Part shown: piece after piece, positions 27,420 to 40,462 of the stretch
Layout: the number at the start of each line of letters is the position of its first letter
Numbering within the stretch: position 1 is the first letter of the stretch
Assembly (NCBI GenBank): GCA_951406725.2
Contig: OX597818.1
Location: 6,262,001-6,326,000, forward strand
Source: Octopus vulgaris
Taxonomy: Eukaryota
DNA length: 64,000 nucleotides
Direction: 5' to 3'
Notes under the pieces: model-generated
Told to the model about the DNA's origin: nothing
The model's input: the letters and a program-made list of their open reading frames with translations, nothing else
Databases searched by the model: none
Translations under genes and position numbers: made by a program

Positions 27420-30060
27420 TGCACTTTATACATCACATGCAGTTTTCAACTACAAATAAAAACAAAGAGACAGGGTTTACAAGAACTCAAAGAAAAAAAT
27501 AAGAAAGGTTATTCATGAAACTTGCCCAAGATATTATAATAACTTATAGAATACGCTTGAAAGAATGAATAAAAAGGATGTTTATATAAACAATATTGAC
27601 AAGTTTCAAGGGACAATGTTTATAATAACTACACCGTAGATTTAGAAACTTTAATCCCCAAAGTGTAAATCACTAACTAGCCCGTAGATTCGGGAAAGCA
27701 CTTAGTGATATTATAATTAGCAATAGAGTAATATGGATACCAGAGAAACTAACTGGGTGGCATAATAAAAACATGCTGTTTTGGTAAGATCAAATATACA
27801 AATAAGTATTAAATCGTGTGTAAAATAAGCCCTAGAGTTATCTGTAAAGTGAAAAGCCTTATTTACAGTTTATTGTTTAGACTCCGAGTAGAGCAACTCG
27901 ACCTCAACATTAATGCGAAAAGTTTGGCGGGAAGAATGAAATAGCATTGGAACAAATGCAACGAAAGTCTATCAGCATGCCAAGGATAAATGTTAGCGTA
28001 TGTAGAACATAGTTATTAGAATCCTTTCGGTATATCCATATTGCACTTCGTTACCACAGTTATGGGGGATTGATCTGATAAATGATTAGAATCAATCATT
28101 AGAAAAGAAATTACGATGAAAATATAGAGACTGCACCTCCCACCAACACAGTGTTGCATTCAGTATACACCTATTGCACGTGTACGGAAGAGTATGCGTT
28201 GTGTGTGTGGGTGGAATGAAGTTGATCAGTTATTAAACTTTTTATGACGAAATATCACGAAACTTTCAACCCATCCGTACCATTTTATGATAAAAGTAAC
28301 GTAACTGGACAGTATACGAACTTTTCTGCATTAACGCTGCGCACGCGCGCGCGCACACACACATCGTCCAGTCAAAAAGAGAGGATCAATAGTTAAAGAG
28401 AAAAAGAAATACGTATCTTACTATACACACCCAGCGCACATTCTACGTCAGATAAGTGCACACGACTGAGCACACATATAGGCGTGCGTTCACAATTGCA
28501 CGTACCCATGCACAATTCAAGCACACAGATACACAATCATAAACACGCAGTTAAACATATCACGCATACACCAGAATTCACACATGCATGAACGGCAAGG
28601 AGACACATGCACGACCACTCCCTCTTCCCTTCCATACTCCTTACGATGATTCAGAGTCACACTTATAGAGCAAATTAAAACTTAAGAGAACGACCAATTT
28701 GAAGCTGATTTCAAGTACAGAAGATGTGTAATTAAAGTGGTCACGAATCGCGATAACTTAATTAAATAGCTAACCAGTTAATGTATAAAGAAAAGAAATA
28801 CAAGCAATACTTATGTTTATTTACATTATGATCCTCCTGCGCACGGCAACACCTGATACATAGAATTAATTCTTTTGCACAACACATGCGCTATCGTAGG
28901 AAAAAGAACATACCACAGAATATTCATTGGTTTAACATTTATCCAGGTCCACCATACCAAGGCGAAAATACTTCTGTCGGTTATGTTTGAGGGAATCTAT
29001 ACAAATCCTATAACATAGCCTCACACAATTATTAGATAAGCAGCATGAAGCCTTCACTATGTGTCTAGAAATTGTTTCAATGATTTCAATTCTACCACAA
29101 GTCTAATTGTGGTAAAACAATTACTTCGCGTCCTGATATATAGTTTAGCCACTTAATTAAATGGGTTTATCTACACTATTATCATATCCGTTTAAATTTA
29201 TCTTGTATTTTATAGATTCTCCTTCTTTCCATTAATTCATATTTACACATCCCACTAAGATGATAATTAATCGAATACACTTTCACTAGGCTTCCTCGTC
29301 TCTTATGGGTTTATACACCGGGAAATAATATATATATAATTAACTTAGGAGATATTTTCATATATTTGCTGATATTATATAAATCGTCCATTGTGTTGTA
29401 TCTATTTTTCCTTTGTAAGTTTCAGATTTTTATTTTTTTAATATTTTTATATTCCCAACATGCATAAATTTTCGGTAACCGTACAAATTTTTAAAATATG
29501 CGCGTCTATTTCTAGAAACATTATGAACAGCTGAACCCTTAAATTCCTGTCACCAATTGTATCACGCTCACTATAATTTAAAATCTTCATTATCATTTAT
29601 AATCACTTTATTACCATGCTAACCCTGTCGATCTCATTCTTGCCATTTTAGAACACTGGCCAACGCTGGTCGTAGGCTATAGAACAAAAGTGCTGATATC
29701 TACTATTACTCATCACTTATTTATTTATGTGTATACATACTCTACCCTCTTTCAATAAACATGCCCTCGCCATAGGGACTCCTATATATTTATTCTACTG
29801 CATCTACCATTCTGTCTTTCCTTCACTCCGCAGTATATTATTCCTCCTCAAATCAATTCACTCTCTATTCAAAAGCTGAACTGGTAATTTTCACTATTCT
29901 TTGCCATGGATTATTGCCAAGCATTGTCATTTGAAACTGCTGCTGGACCTTACAATTTTATTATTTATTCGACCATGAAACAGCGTAACGCATCTATTTT
30001 ATTCTTATCAGTCCTTCATTTTTAACGAACTAGAAAGTGCTAAGATCCTCGATTGGGAAT
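27420..30060. mobile_element. Patchwork of very old PLE remnants
   Basis: Scattered motifs only: CRLCLRESIQIL near 28975-29010 (+), KYIGV near 29780 (-), LDLNIN near 27900 (+). Confidence 0.3.
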
Positions 30061-30078
30061 ATTTTTTCCTTATATTCT

Positions 30079-31178
30079 GTATTTAAATGGATCTTTTCCT
30101 TTTGATGGACGGAATTTTCTAGTTAACTAAACAATTTGAAACTTCGTATACTGGTAGAATGTGTCAAAAGAAAACATTATTGTAAACAAAATTGAAAACA
30201 AAATTGTAATTTGTAAGTTTAACGTAGTTTAATTCTTCGAATTTTAACCAATGAAATCCCAGCATTTGAGCTCAAATCATTTGCTGCGTTATCGATATTG
30301 ATAAAGAAACATAGCAGAAGCACGCCGCATACACACACACATATATTCAGATACATACACACGTACACTTGCACAAACATACACACACACACTCTCTGTC
30401 ACTATATATATCTCTCTCTCAAACACATGCATATATATTTGAACAAGCACATAGTAATTAATATATAAGCGTACACACACATACAAACGGAGATATACAT
30501 ACACACACATACGCAGCTTTGTCCCCTCTGTGTTTTGCCCCTTGCCGCAACAAATTTACACAAAAGGTAAATAAACCAGAAGGGGGGTCAATGTTTCATC
30601 GTTTCGGGGTCGATAAATTAAGTACAAATTACGCACTGGTGTCGAGGATTTTTCCCCAATTTATATCACAGCCTCCGACAAGCTGGGGCATCCGTTTATG
30701 AAAAATTATTTCGCAAAATTTTACAATACGACCCACACTCCACGCGCACCCTCTAGACCGATTTAGGCATATTATTATTTTCTTTTTGTTGTTTCTGGCC
30801 CTTCAAATCCATGGGAGAAGCCTTTTCGGTAACAAAAAATAAAGAAAATATTCTAAAAAATATCGTTCATATTTTTATTGGGCGACGAAATTCATCGATT
30901 TAAGAGATATAGCTGTCATTTCTAGCACATGCAAAAGACAGAAGAGAGAAGGATGAATAAGACGTGTGTGAGTTTTTAGACGCAGCAAATGAATTGAGCT
31001 CAAATGCTGGGATTTCATTGGTTAAAATTCGAAGAATTAAACTACGTTAAACTTACAAATTACAATTTTGTTTACAATAATGTTTTCTTTTGACACATTC
31101 TAGCAGTATACGAAGTTTCAAATTGTTTAGTTAACTAGAAAATTCCGTCCATCAAAAGGAAAAGATCCATTTGAATAC
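30079..31178. mobile_element. MITE/foldback-like element with ~200-bp terminal inverted repeats
   Basis: 30079-30288 is the near-perfect reverse complement of 30980-31178 (one ~12-bp indel). Interior holds a (CA)n tract and a SINE core fragment at ~30590-30645. Confidence 0.85.
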
Positions 31179-31930
31179 AATATTTTTCGAGTGACGCCAA
31201 ATGTTTTGCGCTTATATTTTTTCCAGCACATAGGCAGACACATGTACGGACGCACACACACACACATACAAACATACATACACACATACATACATGCATA
31301 CATATATACATACATGCATACATATATACTTACATGCATACATACACGCACATACACACACACACACACGAACATATGTGTGTGTGTTTTGAGCAACTGA
31401 ATGCCACGCATCCCGAATATTGTTAACAGCAAGTTTTTTACATTTTTTGCGATGCTATTTCTGTCTTTCTTACTTCCTTTCTTTCTTTCTCTTTCGTCAT
31501 CATATTCCACTTCCGGCATCCCATCTTCCTCTCCCTCTCTCTCTCTCTCGTCTTCTCACTTGTAATTGTGGACTTTCTGCCTTCTTTTCTTTTGTGTTAT
31601 CTCGACCGCGGTCTCTCTCACATCCCCTTTCCTTCTATCACGTGACCCGTGACTAATTTTCCCATCTCTCTGTCTTTTCGCCACTGAATGCTTAGCTTAC
31701 CGATCAACACTCATCTTCTCTTTTCCTATTTCTCTTTCTATATTCATTTAATATTTCTTCTAAGCCTTACCCACCATCCTAGTGTTTGGCCGAAAGGCTG
31801 TAGTTCTCCCGTCTCCGTGTATCTCTTCAAATTACATTTGTTTAATTTTGTACTTCTATCTTGTATTGTTTTATTTGCTCGAGCCCTACTTCTCAGTAAA
31901 TTTTGCAGGTGTCTATATATATATATATAT

Positions 31931-32215
31931 AAATTATTAAACAAGGGCAAAAGAAAAAAAATCCTATGCCAATATGCTGAGAATAGACGTCAATCACCAC
32001 AAAAAATATACACGGTATATTCACGATTTTATAGAATTTTGTAAATTGACAATGTATATAGAATTTTGACTATTTAAAGTCTATTCTTAGCATATTGGCA
32101 TAGAAATTTTTTTTCTTTTGACCCTGTTTATGAATTGTTTATAATTTTCGCCTTTAAAGGTATTTTAATATGCTGCCACTTTGATGAAATTTTGGGGGAT
32201 TAAGTTTATCTTATA
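31931..32215. repeat. Short (TA)n-embedded element with ~60-bp inverted arms
   Basis: 31931-31988 is an imperfect reverse complement of ~32078-32140. Confidence 0.65.
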
Positions 32216-32225
32216 TTACAAATAC

Positions 32226-32257
<32 letters not shown>

Positions 32258-32417
32258 ATAAATATATATATATATATTTACGGAAATGTACTTGCATAGC
32301 GAGTGACTTGATCTGATATCGTGTGCTGGAACGAAAACAATTGCTGCGTGGAAGGTGTTTATAAGCCATTTAAGAAACACACGAAACCGTTAGATTCACT
32401 TCAACATTTAAATTTAA

Positions 32418-32468
32418 TTTGTCAAAATATTTTCATTGCTTTGAGACTGCGACCTGTTCACTGACAAA
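32418..32468 (-). ncRNA. Hammerhead-like motif with G3-C8 core swap
   Basis: Minus strand: TTTGTCA GTGAACA G GTCGC-AGTCTCAAA-GCAAT GAA AATATT T TGACAAA. 7-bp stem I, palindromic helix III, stem II partly decayed. Lies inside a ~240-bp (TA)n-embedded element (32278-32520). Confidence 0.6.
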
Positions 32469-32622
32469 CTTCGTGCTGCATCTCGTGTTAACTGTTTCTT
32501 AAATGGCGCTGCAATTGTTTATATATACATATATATATATATATATATACCACTACCAGGTGGTGCTATTAAGTTAGACATGGCCTGGGCCAATAATGGC
32601 CGAAACCTATCAAAGTATCAAA

Positions 32623-32677
<55 letters not shown>

Positions 32678-32680
<3 letters not shown>

Positions 32681-33430
32681 TAAGCAATTAAGGGTTTAGC
32701 AACGAATTGCCTCACCACAATTCGTTGCTAAACCCTTAATTGCTTAGTATTACTTAAATTTTCCTCGAATGAGGCTTTTACATGCCGAAATCTACCTGGT
32801 GTAATTAATAATTATTCCAAATTAATTAATTTCACCCTTTATTGTTACTGATAACCATATTTTATCCCAGTAAATGACCACAGCATTTGTCTTGGCTACA
32901 CGCGGGTGGAAAGGGGCTGGTGACACAAACTTTCATTCACACTTTGAATTTCGTGGTACTGGTAATGCTTTGGCTCGCTCTGACACTGAGTTGAGATAAT
33001 GCCTTCTAGTATCTCAAAATTTAATATACATTTATTCATAATTGTAGTATCCTGCGCCGATGAGAAAAGAAGTTTGGGTAAGGTAGAATTTTCTAATTCT
33101 TATGCTTTCCTAAAACTTGATTTCGAAACGTACGTCCGTAGGTAACTTAAAATTGTATGATAGATTGCCGTCATTTCATTCTTTCTTACCTGTCTGTGTT
33201 TGCCTTTCAAGTGCTGTGTTTTTACTGAGATCTCCCTTTTAGTAGAAAGAATAGCTATAACTCTTTGACTGCTATTTCTAAATTCGGTGTGTTGGTGAGG
33301 CAATTCGTTGCTAAACCCTTAATTGCTTAGTATTACTTAAATTTTCCTCGAATGAGGCTTTTACATGCCGAAATCTACTTGGTGTAATTAATAATTATTC
33401 CAAATTAATTAATTTCACCCTTTATTGTTA

Positions 33431-33434
<4 letters not shown>
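32678..33434 (+). mobile_element. ORF-less retrozyme/mini-PLE-like element in (TA)n: 40-bp inverted arm plus 583-bp-period direct repeats
   Basis: 32678-32717 is the reverse complement of ~33293-33332; 32718-32853 is repeated at 33301-33434; internal HHR. Confidence 0.85.
33051..33142 (+). ncRNA. Type I hammerhead ribozyme with long stem II (U4C variant)
   Basis: Stem I CCTGCG/CGTAGG; core CCGATGA; stem II GAAA..AAGTTT..AGAATT/AATTCT..AAACTT..TTTC; GAAA; perfect palindrome ACGTACGT; GUC triplet (cleavage after 33136). Confidence 0.82.
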
Positions 33435-33480
<46 letters not shown>

Positions 33481-33525
33481 ATCCAGCATCCCACTACTTC
33501 CACGCATTCATATTCTCCCTTCCCT

Positions 33526-33722
33526 TTCTTCTTCTTCTTCTTCTTCTTCTTCTTCTTCTTCTTCTTCTTCTTCTTCTTCTTCTTCTTCTTCTTCTTCTTC
33601 TTCTTCTTCTTCTTTTTCTTCTTCTTTTTCTTCTTCTTCTTTTTCTTCTTCTTCATCATTATCATCATCGTCATCATCTTCTCCTTCTTCTTCTTCTACT
33701 TCTTCTTCTTCCCCTCTTCTTC
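33526..33722. repeat. (CTT)n microsatellite
   Basis: Direct reading. Confidence 0.95.
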
Positions 33723-34067
33723 CTAGCTTCATCACTAATGCGTTTTAGTATAACACCTACGCAAATTCCATAAACAAACCTTCAATAGAAATATTTTCAT
33801 GAATTGAACAGCAGGAACTGCTAGCAACCACTGACCAACGACAATCAAGGCAATCCCAAATTCTTCCTAACCCTAACCCTCCTCCTCCTCGTCCTCCTTC
33901 TTCTTCTTCCCTACCGAGAATTTACATGGACCTTGAACCCACAAAAGTAAACAAGAGCGACAGAGAAAGGCAGAAACAAGGAAAATGCCACTTATATTTG
34001 AACACTTTACAAATATTCTTTTAAAAAAACTTATCTTTTAATTTTTCTAAATTTAATTATTTAATTG

Positions 34068-34110
34068 TTACAGTTGAAAAGGTTTCAAATGACCGAAACC
34101 GGTACTGAAA
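34068..34110 (+). ncRNA. Minimal hammerhead ribozyme, U3-A8 core variant
   Basis: CAG TTGAAAA GGTT-TCAAAT-GACC GAA ACCGGT A CTG. Palindromic helix III ACCGGT, GUA triplet, short stem I. Confidence 0.72.
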
Positions 34111-34133
34111 TGTTCTTTATAAAATTATTTTAC

Positions 34134-34182
<49 letters not shown>

Positions 34183-34188
<6 letters not shown>

Positions 34189-35032
34189 GAGGGCATTATA
34201 CATACATACAGAGGGCATTATACATACATGCCACACGCTAAGAGGGACAATTAGTCATTTCTACCAAAAATATTACTAATCCCACCGAATGCAATTTTTC
34301 AAAGTAAGGTCTATATTTTTTGTGTCTTACTTTGAAAAATTGCATTCGGTGGGATTAGTAATATTTTTGGTAGAAATGACTAATTGTCCCTCTTAGCGTG
34401 TGGCATGTATGTATAATGCCCTCTATATATAAATTAATATGTTCAATAAGAAATAATCATTTTCGAAATTTATTCTCTTATGAGGTTTTCACGCTATCTA
34501 CCTGACAATTTCTTGTTAAGTTTTCCTTATTAAGTAGTTGTCCTTAATTGCTAAATTTTTATTCCGAAAAAACTTTTCCTTTCCCGAAATGCAATTCGTA
34601 AAAGTATGCCATTTACAGGATGTAATATATGTAAACTCACCCATGTGCTTCGTTGATGTTGATCAGTTAGCTGATCGACTTAAGCGGGGCAGGGTCGTTT
34701 GTTTATGTATGATACATTCAGGCCTGCTGATGAGTACGTAAGTATTAAATCACTGTGATACAGGTCTATATTTTTTAAATGTCTTACTTTGAAAAATTGC
34801 ATTCGGTGGGATTAGTAATATTTTTGGTAGAAATGACTAATTGTCCCTCTTAGCGTGTGGCATGTATGTATAATGCCCTCTGGCATGTATGTATAATGCC
34901 CTCTATATATAAATTAATATGTTCAATAAGAAATAATTATTTTCGAAATTTATTCTCTTATGAGGTTTTCACGCTATCTACCTGACAATTTCTTGTTAAG
35001 TTTTCCTTATTAAGTAGTTGTCCTTAATTGCT
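34183..35032 (+). mobile_element. ORF-less retrozyme/mini-PLE-like element in (TA)n: 125-bp inverted arm plus 455-bp-period tandem units
   Basis: 34183-34308 is the reverse complement of ~34782-34910; 34307-34551 is repeated at 34762-35032; HHR at the unit junction. Confidence 0.87.
34720..34767 (+). ncRNA. Type I hammerhead ribozyme, G12 mutated in this copy
   Basis: Stem I AGGCCTG/CAGGTCT; core CTGATGA; stem II GTAC-GTAA-GTAT; TAAA in place of GAAA; helix III ATCAC-T-GTGAT; cleavage after 34760. Confidence 0.72.
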
Positions 35033-35049
35033 ATATATATATATATATA

Positions 35050-35325
35050 AGGATAAGATCGTTAATTTAAAATAAAACAAGGAACTTATCAAGTGGTCAG
35101 GTTGGAAAAAATAACCTTCAAAGGTAATAATTATTAAAATTATAATTATAAATTAGGGTATCTACGAGATACCACCATGCTGAAAATAGCAGTCATGAAC
35201 CGACTCTAAAACCACCTTAAGTTTTCATATAGCAGCGCTATATGAAAACTTAAGGTGGTTTTAGAATCGGTTCATGTCTGCTATTTTCAGCATGGTGGTA
35301 TCTCGTAGATACCCTAATTTATAAT

Positions 35326-35328
<3 letters not shown>
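35050..35328. repeat. (TA)n-embedded element ending in a near-perfect hairpin with ~90-bp arms
   Basis: 35144-35232 is the reverse complement of ~35237-35326 with 2 mismatches and a 3-4-nt loop. Confidence 0.9.
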
Positions 35329-35394
<66 letters not shown>

Positions 35395-35742
35395 TTTATT
35401 AATATAGTGGCAAAGACATCAGAAAAATTGTTACTGAGAGTTAAAATATCAACTGAATAAATAACGTATGGGTCAAATTATTTGACTTACAAAAAATTCT
35501 TTTAACTTTCTCATTGAAATTTGTTGTTTACATCTAAGATGTAGACGTCTTTTAGAATTACAATGTTGGTGTATATTTCCCTTTCAAATATTACATTCGA
35601 CTGTTAAGAAAGCCTTCGATTTTTTTTTGTAAATTTAAAAGATGACGTTAAATTTTTAGTCATTTTTAAAACTTATTTTCATATTAAAATATTCTATATT
35701 AATATATATATATATATGTTTATATATATATATATATATATT

Positions 35743-35782
<40 letters not shown>

Positions 35783-36961
35783 CGAATATACGCATATAAA
35801 TATATGGTTTATAGAATATTAAAATATTTAGCAAACGCCAAACATTTGCTCAGTTTCTCTTGATAACAATCGTTTTTTAGTGGTAAGACCATAGGGGGTC
35901 TACTTCTAGCGTAATGGATGTCCACTTAGTGGTCATCCCACTTATATATATTGATCTGAATATATGTATTTATACATATATGCGTGTGTGTGTGTGAGTA
36001 TGTTTATTTCTATATTTTTATGCGTCTGGATGTGTGTTACTATCGCATATATGTATGCATTTATGTAAATATGCATGAATTTTTATGTGTGCATTTGTAA
36101 GCTTACTGAAGTATCTAACATTTGTTCCTCTTTTTAAGTATGCAAACTTTCAAATCATCTCTCTCTCTATCTATTTATCGTTCTATCTATTTATCTATCT
36201 ATGCATCTATCTATTTTTGTCTTTCACTTTCTCTTTCCTTTTTCTTTCTTCTACCGCTTCTTTTTCTTTTTCTTTCACACCCAATTATTATTCTCTGATT
36301 TTATTTTCGTTTACTTTCTCAAGGTTATAACAACTAAGTTGTATATTTGAAATGCATATGGAGAAATATTATGTGCGTATAAGTATGCATGAGGATACCA
36401 ATATATGCATTTGTATATATTTATGTTTTGCCTGTATATAATTGTATATGTATGTAGGCATTTATCAACGTTTATATCTTTAATGTATATATGTATATAT
36501 AGCTTTTTGTTTGGTATGTGTATGTATTACTGAATGTATATGAATTTTTATGATGTTAGTTCTATGAAAACGTTTTTATGTTAAGCGAACATATCTCCTT
36601 AATTTCTTTAAATTTATTTTACCGTTAATTAATTTACCCTGGGCATACAGGTTTTTCCCCTTTTACCAAATCTAAACTTTGATTTAAGGTTTTCTACGAT
36701 TTCTACAATAATATGATTTTAAATCGTAATTTTAATTTCATATAACCGGTTATTGAAAACACTGTTAGTTGAAAGGACCAATGAAACAAATCCATTTTCA
36801 GACGTGTATCTACCTACATTAATGCATATTTATGAATATAACCATACTTCGTTCCATTTTCAAACAAAATTGTCCGACGAACCGTTTTTGTGATATCTTT
36901 GACATTTTATTAATAAACTATTAGAGTACTATTTTTCCACCTTGTTGCACATTTATGTACT

Positions 36962-37067
<106 letters not shown>

Positions 37068-38173
37068 CATATGTATATATATATATATATATATATGAAT
37101 CCAGGATCTCATTGGAAACGGTTTCTTATAACTTTCTTGATCAATGGACTAATATGTAAATATGTTTCATAAAAAACGTTGTTACAGTTTAATAGACAGA
37201 TATATTGCTGTCATTCTGTCCTTGTAGATAAAGTATAAGTACCAAAGGTGTGTGATTGCTCAAATTACACATTGTACATATGTAGTTACTTATCATCTGA
37301 GGTTACATTTCGCTTCGAAGTGCTGCTAGGAACAGGAAATTATTTATACATTTTCACCGATTGCAGTTGAAAAGTTTTCTCGCAATCATAACATACAATC
37401 TAGTAATGGTACCAAGAGGAACAAAAACATACAAAACCAAAGTGACAAAGCAATAAATTTGCAACCTACCCACAAATAAATTAGTGCATTGTATAATTTC
37501 AAAAGAGATATCTTTCATACATTTCTCAGTTATTAAAGTAAACAGATATGCCAATAATATATTATCCATGTTCATATCACTGCTGGCAGTGTCATTAATC
37601 AATGAAGTACAATCTTCTATTGATGAGAGCATAACGTATTCCTAGTGAATACACGCAGGATAAATACATGATATATAATCAATATTGGGATTAAATAACA
37701 TAATGCTCCTTTATTGGAAGTTATCCTATCATATACAGATATCAGTGATTACTGATTTTCATTCACGCAAATTTTAAGTTTTCCAACTCATAAGTGAGTG
37801 TATGTATGTATTTTTGTGTATGTATGAACGAATGCATGCCTTATTTGTACATATTATATGCATATATAAATGTGTAATATACATGACTAATATATATAGA
37901 GAGAGAGATAGATATACATATGTGGACACACATATATATATATATATATATACATACAAGCATATGTACGCATAGTATATATGCTATTATATATATGATA
38001 TATGTTATATATTTTTGGCGAGTTAACTTAGAGTCAACTACAATGGAAATCTCGAATAATTAATGCATCTTCAGTCTAATCAGTACTTGCCATTGAGTAA
38101 TTATTATATTATTATATCACATATGTAGGAAACATGTAGACTGAATTTTACGTGTTCCACTCACACAAATTCG

Positions 38174-38211
<38 letters not shown>

Positions 38212-38214
<3 letters not shown>

Positions 38215-39900
38215 CAAAATAAGCAACAAGGATATCCAAGGTAGAGTAGTACAATTGTTTCATGCTACTTCATTTTATTAAACACTGTAAGTATTACATC
38301 AGTTGTAAAATGCGGAGCAATCTTCAACCACATATAGAATTTATTCAATTAGATGGGCAATGCACATTCTTTTACTTATTTCGTTTGCCAGCATCATAAA
38401 GAGGGTAGATATATAGACAGAAAGGTTAATTTCATCTTTAAAAGGATGATGGTAGTATGTTCGTTCTCCGTCTGTAGATTTTATCATTGGGTTCACTTTG
38501 TTATTTAGATCTATCAGTGGGGAGTTTTTTTTTATTCTTGGTTGAATGGAGACAAACAAGATTTGTTTCTATTTATAGATAGAGAAAGGGTAGTACAAAT
38601 GTCAAAACCATAAACCCATCCTCATTTTGAGGAATTCAGTTTAGGGCTTAAGTTAGTGGGGTAGGGAGAATAGAGACTACTAATGCTCTAGAAGTTTTCA
38701 ATGTGCCTTACCATTTAACAGCCAAATTCTATATTGTGAATTTTAAATAAATATCCTTTACATGATTTTCTAAAGGGTTTTAATAAATATTAATATATTA
38801 TATAGGGATAGAAAATATCGAAATCATTTCATATCTATATAAATATTCATATATATCTATTTCTATCAATATAGAATCATAATTAGTTAGTAAATAGTGA
38901 TTTATTTTATTAATGAGTTGAATTAAAAGAATATGTTAGACATATTTACTAACTGTAGAAAAAACCCTTATCCATTTAGCACATATATCAGGAGTCAATA
39001 AGATATATTAAAAAGTAATGGAAGGGTGCTAATCAAGATGAATTAAGTAATTTCCCTAGATATATAGAATTTTTTGCAATCCCATATGGGAGAGTATCAA
39101 GTATTCAAATTTATTTATATAATGAAATTTCTTAGTAATCTATGTAGGTTAAATAACAGCTAGTATGGTATACTAATTCCTTATTTGGTTACAAAATATT
39201 AAGATTTGAGAATTTAGGAATGGTCAGAATGTTATTATTTAAAATACTTAAAAGTACTGTTGCACAATATATACAGGATAATCCCAGTTCAGAACGGTTA
39301 TTCAATAAGTTTGTATTATTCCTATGTTTCAAAATTTCATATGTCTTCATAAAACAAAGTTCACATCTATCACTACTATTTTTTATAAGGCTGTGCCTTT
39401 CTTATTATATCCCATCTTACGTTAAATTCTATATTTTTTCTTTCAGGTCCCAAATTTTACTGGACAGCGTTATGCAACCCACCTTTTGTTTGAGTCTAAA
39501 AGAAGAAAAATGATTGTTCAAACGTTTCTTTAGAACCATCGAACATCCGAAATAAAGATAGCTATTATTTAAAGTTATTATTGTACATTTATAACTTACA
39601 TTTTGAACCAGACAATGACCAGATACCGGACATTTTGATCTAATTATAAAATTACAACTGGGTGGATGATTCCTTATATTAGTATTAGTTAGAAACACGC
39701 TGTTTTAATTTTCATTACTAGAGTTATTATTAGCATTAGTGTTATTTCCCTTATCTATAATTATATTGTTATGTAAGTCAGGGTTGTTTCTTACTAGTCT
39801 TTGACAAATTTCCTCACTTTTCACAATTTTATTTTTATCATTTATATTATTGATATTATTATTATCATTGTTTATATTATTATTATCATTATTATCATTA
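38212..39900 (-). mobile_element. PLE 3' half: Asn-rich linker, GIY-YIG endonuclease and long 3' region
   Basis: ORF 39429-39698 reads SCN...KCPVSGHCLVQNVSYKCTI...YFGCS...KKRLNNHFSSF...TLSSKIWDLK, followed by C.LC..KTYEI and LLNNRSE. The 3' end abuts (TA)n. Confidence 0.85.
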
Positions 39901-39908
39901 TTATTATT

Positions 39909-40462
39909 GAGTGAGAGAGCAGTGCATGCCATCAAAGTGACACTGGGGTCAAATATACGAAGCCCAGTATACCCATCATGACTACCCGTCTGATAAGGAT
40001 ACACTAGGCACATGCATCACAACCATATGTGCGCGACATGGTGATCTCATATCAAGATAAACAGCGCATGACCCTGCAGGTGGGGCCCGGTTAGAATTTT
40101 CTTCAGGTCGAGTAGCCCATCCTACTCAAAAGGTCTCTGAATAAATGTTGTTTAAGGATGTGGAATGAAACACCCATGTTTCCAGAGGTGAATTATTCAA
40201 ACCCCAAAGAATCCCTCTCAACACATGGCTATGATGCTCCCCCACTACTTCTGCTCATGATCAGAGATGCACATATCGTCATTCACTGAGGGACATGCTC
40301 AACTGGTTAAGGTCAAACAACTGACAAGCAAATCTGTGGTATTGAGCAGAATATTTGCTGTAGCCCATCTTTTATACCAAGACAAAACAATGTACATGAT
40401 AACACTTCCAATCAGTTAAGATCAGAAGCCATGAGAGCCGCTGCCTGGTTCTGCATCAGGGC

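Noticed and set aside
33866-33880. CCTAACCCTAACCCT telomere-like repeat
   Set aside because: Only ~2.5 units, within low-complexity sequence.
22491-35032. CRISPR-like or LTR-retrotransposon interpretation of the direct repeats
   Set aside because: No regular repeat-spacer array, no TG..CA termini, no PBS and no TSD; the repeats are partial tandem units.
37200-37640. Possible small plus-strand exons with AG acceptors
   Set aside because: No recognisable product or consistent reading frame.
38240-38312. HHR-like motif at PLE 3' end (minus strand CTGATGT...GAAACAATTGTA)
   Set aside because: Palindromic helix III is present, but A9 is absent and stems I and II cannot be paired convincingly.
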